Origin: Sinorhizobium meliloti
GTDB lineage: Bacteria; Pseudomonadota; Alphaproteobacteria; Rhizobiales; Rhizobiaceae
Length of the DNA: 32,000 nucleotides
Assembly (NCBI RefSeq): GCF_017876815.1
Contig: NZ_JAGIOS010000003.1
Location: 360,001-392,000 of the forward strand
Reading direction: 5' to 3'
The notes below the pieces were generated by a model. The model saw nothing but the letters and a program-made list of their open reading frames with translations, searched no databases and was not told where the DNA came from. A program made the translations under genes and the position numbers. Below, piece by piece: positions 27,533 through 32,000 of the stretch (within the stretch, counting starts at the first letter, position 1; each line of letters starts with the position of its first letter).

Positions 27533-28299
27533 GCGAGCCGGTTCGACTGAAAATCGGGGAAGGTGTCGCCTGGCTGACGATCAGCCGGCCGGATAAGCTG
27601 AACGCGCTTGACGGCGAAATGGTCGATGCAATCGTCCCGGCCTGTCGTGAAATCGAGCGTTCCGCGGCGAAGGTGGCGATACTGACCGGTGAGGGGGAGC
27701 GTTCGTTCTGCGCCGGCGGCGACATCGATGCCTGGAGCAATGCTTCGCCCGAGGCCTTCGGCCGCCATTGGGTGCGTGATGGCCATGCGGCCTTCGATGC
27801 TCTGGCCCGGCTCGCGGTTCCGCTGATCGCGGTGTTGAACGGGCACACATTAGGGGGCGGGCTCGAGCTCGCCGCCTGCGCCGATCTCCGGATCGCCGAG
27901 GCGCACGTCAGGATAGGGCAGCCGGAGACGGGGCTCGGAATAATTCCCGGCTGGTCCGGAACGCAGCGCGCGGTGCGAAGGTTCGGTCCGCAGCTCGTCC
28001 GGCGCATGGCGCTCTTCGGACATGTCTATGGCGCTGAGGAGGCGCTCGCTCTGGGATTGGTGGATCAGGTGGTCGCAACGGGCGAGGGGCGCGCCGCGGC
28101 GGAAATTGCAGCGGCAGGCGTAATGAAGCGATCGGCGCGCGCGACCGAACTTACGAAGATGCTCATCAACGCGGCCGAGGGAGAGGAAAGCGAGCGGGTC
28201 GTCGAAGCCTTGGCGGGTGCCGTCGCCGCCGCGTCCGACGAGCTGCAGGAAGGCTTGTCGGCCTTCCGTGAGAGGCGGCCGGCGCGGTTCGGTCAATGA
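27529..28299 (+). CDS. enoyl-CoA hydratase/isomerase (crotonase) family protein
   Basis: 256 aa. GTG start overlaps the upstream stop as GTGA. Crotonase motifs SFCAGGDI and NGHTLGGGLELAACADLRIA. Confidence 0.9.
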   Translation: MSEPVRLKIGEGVAWLTISRPDKLNALDGEMVDAIVPACREIERSAAKVAILTGEGERSFCAGGDIDAWSNASPEAFGRHWVRDGHAAFDALARLAVPLIAVLNGHTLGGGLELAACADLRIAEAHVRIGQPETGLGIIPGWSGTQRAVRRFGPQLVRRMALFGHVYGAEEALALGLVDQVVATGEGRAAAEIAAAGVMKRSARATELTKMLINAAEGEESERVVEALAGAVAAASDELQEGLSAFRERRPARFGQ

Positions 28300-28311
28300 A
28301 CTGGAGTTTTC

Positions 28312-29571
28312 ATGTCGCCTGAAGATCGGGACTTTCTTTCGGAATTGTTCGAAGCGGCCGTGGGGGCGGCAGACCCGAAGCTTGCGCTTCGCGCGCGATT
28401 GCCGCAGCGCCCGCGCGGGCGCACTGTCGTCGTTGGGGCGGGCAAGGGCGCGGCCCAGCTGGCGGCGGCATTCGAGAGCCTGTGGGGCGGCCCGCTCGAA
28501 GGCGTCGTCGTCACCCGCTACGGCTACGCCGTTCACTGCGATCGGATACGAGTGATCGAGGCGGCACACCCGGTTCCCGACTGCAACGGACTGATCGCCT
28601 CGCACGCGCTGTTCGAAGCCGTTCGGGGTCTGACGCCGGATGACCTCGTCGTCGCTCTTTTCTGCGGAGGAGGCTCGGCCCTGCTGCCTTGCCCGCCCGA
28701 GGAACTCGCACTCGAAGATGAAATCGCCCTGAACAGGGCACTGCTCGCAAGCGGCGCACCGATTTCCGTGATGAACGCGATTCGCAAGCAGGTCTCCCGC
28801 ATAAAGGGTGGGCGGCTCGCCGCCGCCTGCCATCCGGCGAAAGTGATAAGCTTCATCGTTTCCGACGTCCCGGGCGACGACCCGGCACAGGTCGCCTCGG
28901 GACCCACCATTCCCGACGCGACGGACCGAGCTGCTGCCCGCGCAATGAGGGATGCCTGGCGAATCGAACTGCCCGAGAGGCTGGTCGATTGGCTGAAGGG
29001 CGAGAACGGGACGGCTCCGTCGCCGAACGATCCCGTCTTTGCGGGGCACGAGGTCCAGGTTATCGCCTCGGCGCGGCTTTCGTTGGAGGCTGCCGCGGCT
29101 CGGGCCGATGCACTGGGAATTCCTGCCATCATCCTGTCGGACGCGATCGAAGGGGAGGCGCGCGACGTCGGCAAAGTCCACGCCGCAATCGCGCGCGAAG
29201 TGGTTTTGCGCAACCGCCCCTTCGAGCGTCCCGTGGTTCTGCTGTCGGGCGGTGAAACGACGGTGACGCTTCGCGGGCATGGAAGGGGAGGGCGCAATAC
29301 CGAGTTCCTCCTTTCGCTTGCAATCGCAGCCGAAGGCCTGTCCTTCGCCTCACTGGCGGCAGACACCGACGGTATCGACGGTTCGGAGAGCAATGCGGGA
29401 GCGTTTGCGGACGGAAGCAGCGCCACGCGCTTGCGCGCACTCGGCAGAGATCCGGTCGCATTGCTCTCGGGCAACGACGCCTGGACTGCTTTCAATTGCC
29501 TCGAAGATCTGTTCGTGCCCGGGCCCACAGGTACCAATGTGAATGACTTCAGGGCGATTCTGGTCCGGTGA
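28312..29571 (+). CDS. glycerate 2-kinase / hydroxypyruvate-reductase-like protein (DUF4147 + MOFRL, TtuD family)
   Basis: 419 aa. Motifs VVGAGKGAAQLA, IRKQVSRIKGG, LLSGGETTVTL, GGRNTEF and TDGIDG are typical of the class II glycerate kinase/TtuD family. Confidence 0.85.
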   Translation: MSPEDRDFLSELFEAAVGAADPKLALRARLPQRPRGRTVVVGAGKGAAQLAAAFESLWGGPLEGVVVTRYGYAVHCDRIRVIEAAHPVPDCNGLIASHALFEAVRGLTPDDLVVALFCGGGSALLPCPPEELALEDEIALNRALLASGAPISVMNAIRKQVSRIKGGRLAAACHPAKVISFIVSDVPGDDPAQVASGPTIPDATDRAAARAMRDAWRIELPERLVDWLKGENGTAPSPNDPVFAGHEVQVIASARLSLEAAAARADALGIPAIILSDAIEGEARDVGKVHAAIAREVVLRNRPFERPVVLLSGGETTVTLRGHGRGGRNTEFLLSLAIAAEGLSFASLAADTDGIDGSESNAGAFADGSSATRLRALGRDPVALLSGNDAWTAFNCLEDLFVPGPTGTNVNDFRAILVR

Positions 29572-29621
29572 AAGGCGGCTAACCTTCTCTCCCGGCAGTG
29601 GATGCGGGCACCCTCTTCAAA

Positions 29622-29653
29622 CGTCTTCCTCGGGCCAAAGCCCGAGAAAGACG
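29622..29653. terminator. bidirectional terminator-like hairpin in the convergent gap
   Basis: CGTCTTCCTCGGGC, loop CAAA, GCCCGAGAAAGACG (13 of 14 positions paired). It lies between the glycerate kinase stop and the AKR stop. Confidence 0.5.
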
Positions 29654-29685
29654 ATCGGAGAGGGCGCAATCTCTCTTGAGTCGCC

Positions 29686-30702
29686 TCACGCGGGGATCGG
29701 AGCATCCTCGCGCAGGAGCCCCTTGGACTTGAGTTCCGTCCAGAACCCAGCCGGAATCGGGTGGCTGAACCAGGAAAGGTTCTGGCGCAGCTGTTCGATC
29801 GTCCGTGTGCCAGCCATGAAGGAGGGAACGGCCGGGTGCGCGACCACGAATTGGAGTGCGGCTGCCCCAAGGGGCACATCATGTGTCCTGCACACCGCCT
29901 CGATTCGCGCCACCTTCTCCAATATGGCCTTCGGCGCCGGTGCGTAATTGTATTTCGCTCCTTCCCTCGCCCCCGTTGCCAGGATCCCTGAGTTGAAGCC
30001 GCCGCCGACGACCACGGCTGCGCCTCGCTCTTCACAAAGAGGCAGGAATTCCTCGAGTGCGTCCTGTTCGAGAAGCGTATAGCGCCCAGCAAGCAGGAAA
30101 CAGTCGAAATCCCGCTGCTTCAACGCCTCGTGACACACCTCCCATTCGTTGACACCGACCCCGATCGCCTTGACCAGGCCTTCCGACCGGAGTTTCTCGA
30201 GCGCCCGCCAGGTCCCGTCCATGGCCTGGCCGAATACTTCGGGCTGCTCGCTTCCCCGCGTGAAAACGTCGATGTCGTGGATGAAGCAGATATCCATCCG
30301 TTCCAGGCCCAGCCTCTGCAGGCTGTCTTCGAAGGAGCGCATCGTGCCGTCATAGCTGTAGTCGAAGCGCATGCTGAAGGGCGCGGCGTTCACCCAGGGG
30401 GCGAAGTCGATCGTCGATCGCTTGGCGGGCGTCAGCAATCGGCCGACCTTCGATGAAAGCACGTATTCGTCCCGATCCCTCCAGCGCAGGCCCTGGCCGG
30501 TACGAAGTTCGGCCAGGCCATGCCCGTACATGGGCGCGGTATCGAAGAAGCGCACGCCCGCATCCCAGGCGAGCTCAAACATGGATTGCGACGTCTCTTC
30601 GTCGATTTCACGGAAGATGTTGCCGAGCGGCGCAGTCCCGAACCCGAATGCGGTGACGTCGAGGTCCACGCGGCCGAACTTCCGTTTCTCTCCCGGATGC
30701 AT
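29686..30702 (-). CDS. aldo/keto reductase (D-threo-aldose / L-fucose 1-dehydrogenase-like)
   Basis: ORF 29686..30708. Preferred start is ATG 30702, with GAGGAG 8 nt upstream. Motifs FGFGTAPLGN, FDTAPMYGHG and FIHD. Confidence 0.9.
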   Translation of the reverse strand: MHPGEKRKFGRVDLDVTAFGFGTAPLGNIFREIDEETSQSMFELAWDAGVRFFDTAPMYGHGLAELRTGQGLRWRDRDEYVLSSKVGRLLTPAKRSTIDFAPWVNAAPFSMRFDYSYDGTMRSFEDSLQRLGLERMDICFIHDIDVFTRGSEQPEVFGQAMDGTWRALEKLRSEGLVKAIGVGVNEWEVCHEALKQRDFDCFLLAGRYTLLEQDALEEFLPLCEERGAAVVVGGGFNSGILATGAREGAKYNYAPAPKAILEKVARIEAVCRTHDVPLGAAALQFVVAHPAVPSFMAGTRTIEQLRQNLSWFSHPIPAGFWTELKSKGLLREDAPIPA

Positions 30703-30722
30703 TCGCAAATCTCCTCATGTAA

Positions 30723-30738
30723 GTAACTGGATGGTGCA
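30723..30738 (+). promoter_or_regulatory. island operator copy E1: GTAACTGGATGGTGCA
   Basis: Located 6 nt beyond the RBS of the minus-strand AKR gene. The first 10 nt are identical to copy E2. Confidence 0.45.
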
Positions 30739-30827
30739 CAATACGCGCGGCGACGGCCAGTGCGCAAGCCTCGTCGTGGTGCGATCGGCGATTTTCCGGC
30801 TTGACCGTCTGCCGCATGCCGATGTAT

Positions 30828-30843
30828 GTAACTGGATAGTTAC
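30828..30843 (+). promoter_or_regulatory. island operator copy E2: GTAACTGGATAGTTAC (perfect GTAACT / AGTTAC inverted repeat)
   Basis: Overlaps the -10 of TTGACC (30801..30806)-N18-TATGTA (30825..30830). It ends 18 nt before the acyl-CoA dehydrogenase ATG. Confidence 0.55.
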
Positions 30844-30861
30844 TGAATGCGGGATAAGTCT

Positions 30862-32000
30862 ATGTATCTAACGGAAATACAGGGGCAGGTGCGTGATATG
30901 GCGCGCGCGTTCGCCGATGAAGTGATCCGGCCGATGGCGGAGTCTCTCGACCGCGAGGAACGTTTCCCCGCAGAACTTTACGGGGAAATGGCGAAGCTCG
31001 GATTGTTCGGTATCGGCGTTCCCGAACACCTCGGCGGACCGGGCTTCGATACGCTGACCTATGCGGTCGTGATGGAGGAGCTCAGCCGCGGTTATGCGTC
31101 GGTTGCCGATCAGTGCGGGCTGGTGGAGCTGATCTCCACACTGCTCGTCCGTCACGGGACCGAAGGTCAGCAACGCATGCTCCCCGACGTTCTGAACATG
31201 AGCGCCAAGGTCGCTTACTGCATCACCGAGCCCGAGGCCGGAACCGACGTATCGGGCATTCGGACGACGGCGGAACGCGACGGCGACGGCTGGATGCTTA
31301 ACGGCGGCAAGATCTGGATCCATAACGCGCCCGTTGCCGATGTCGGTTTCGTTCTGGCGAGGACCGACAAGGAGGCCGGCAACCGCGGCATGTCGATCTT
31401 TATCGTCGATCTCAATTCCGCAGGGGTCGAGAGAGGTCCGAAAGAGCACAAGATGGGCCAGAGAGCCAGCCAGGTGGGAGCGTTGACCTTCACCGATGTG
31501 CGCCTGCCGGGCGGTGCTCTGCTGGGCCAGGAGGGCCGCGGTTTCCACATGATGATGTCCGTTCTCGACAAAGGCCGCGTGGGCATCGCCGCACTCGCCG
31601 TCGGCATCGCCCAGGCGGGGCTGGAGGCGGCGGTGGACTATGCCGGGACACGCAAGCAGTTCGGCAAGGCCATTTCCGATTTCCAGGGCGTGCAGTGGCT
31701 TCTCGCCGACATGGCAAAGGACATCGAAGCCGCGCGTCTTCTCGTCCATTCGGCCGCCTCGAAGATCGACCGGGGCCTGGACGCGACGAAGGCCTGCTCG
31801 ATCGCAAAATGTTTCGCCGGGGACATGGCCGTTCAGCGCACCGCCGACGCGGTCCAAGTCTTCGGCGGGTCGGGCTATATCCGCGGCTTCGAAGTCGAGC
31901 GGCTCTATCGTGACGCAAAGATCACCCAGATCTACGAAGGCACGAACCAGATCCAGCGGATGATCATTGCGCGTGAACTTCTGAAGAAGGGGGCAAGGGC
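30862..32000 (+). CDS. acyl-CoA dehydrogenase (3-prime end runs off the right edge)
   Basis: Absent from the ORF track because it has no stop in the window. Manual translation from ATG 30862 gives MYLTEIQGQVRDMARAFADEVIRPMAESLDREERFPAELYGEMAKLGLFGIGVPEHLGG...YCITEPEAGTDVSGIRTTAERDGDGWMLNGGKIWIHNAP...VQVFGGSGYIRGFEVERLYRDAKITQIYEGTNQIQRMIIARELLKKG. These are canonical ACAD motifs. The listed antisense ORF 30868..31857 is its shadow. Confidence 0.9.
   Translation, partial: MYLTEIQGQVRDMARAFADEVIRPMAESLDREERFPAELYGEMAKLGLFGIGVPEHLGGPGFDTLTYAVVMEELSRGYASVADQCGLVELISTLLVRHGTEGQQRMLPDVLNMSAKVAYCITEPEAGTDVSGIRTTAERDGDGWMLNGGKIWIHNAPVADVGFVLARTDKEAGNRGMSIFIVDLNSAGVERGPKEHKMGQRASQVGALTFTDVRLPGGALLGQEGRGFHMMMSVLDKGRVGIAALAVGIAQAGLEAAVDYAGTRKQFGKAISDFQGVQWLLADMAKDIEAARLLVHSAASKIDRGLDATKACSIAKCFAGDMAVQRTADAVQVFGGSGYIRGFEVERLYRDAKITQIYEGTNQIQRMIIARELLKKGAR

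Overview
High-GC window that looks alphaproteobacterial and Rhizobiaceae-like (inference from protein similarities recalled from memory; no search was run). It is densely packed with about 30 protein genes. I found no rRNA, tRNA, CRISPR, transposase or integrase. Left to right: a partial AraC regulator divergent from an SDR/thiolase pair; a small orphan Phd/VapB-like antitoxin remnant; an MFS transporter; a Tat-exported ferritin-like (PCC13-62-type) protein; then a GntR-kdgD-Dpp-type ABC importer cluster. From about 12.6 kb to the right edge lies a roughly 19 kb accessory-looking catabolic island of unknown substrate. It holds a frameshifted VOC gene, a Zn-free MDR dehydrogenase, a TetR regulator, a sugar-type ABC importer, a Zn-ADH, an ALDH, a GMC flavoenzyme, two aldo/keto reductases, a CoA-transferase, an enoyl-CoA hydratase, a glycerate kinase and an acyl-CoA dehydrogenase. 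A parDE toxin-antitoxin module interrupts the island. The most interesting signal is a 16-bp GTAACT-N4-AGTTAC-type operator-like motif. It is present in six copies, in every non-TA promoter region of the island and, by eye, nowhere else. This suggests one TetR-controlled regulon. Other findings are a frameshift in the VOC gene, an EcfG-type stress promoter inside a perfect palindrome, paired GntR operator candidates and TA autoregulatory palindromes. Two edge-truncated genes (AraC on the left, acyl-CoA dehydrogenase on the right) are missing from the ORF track and were found by manual translation.
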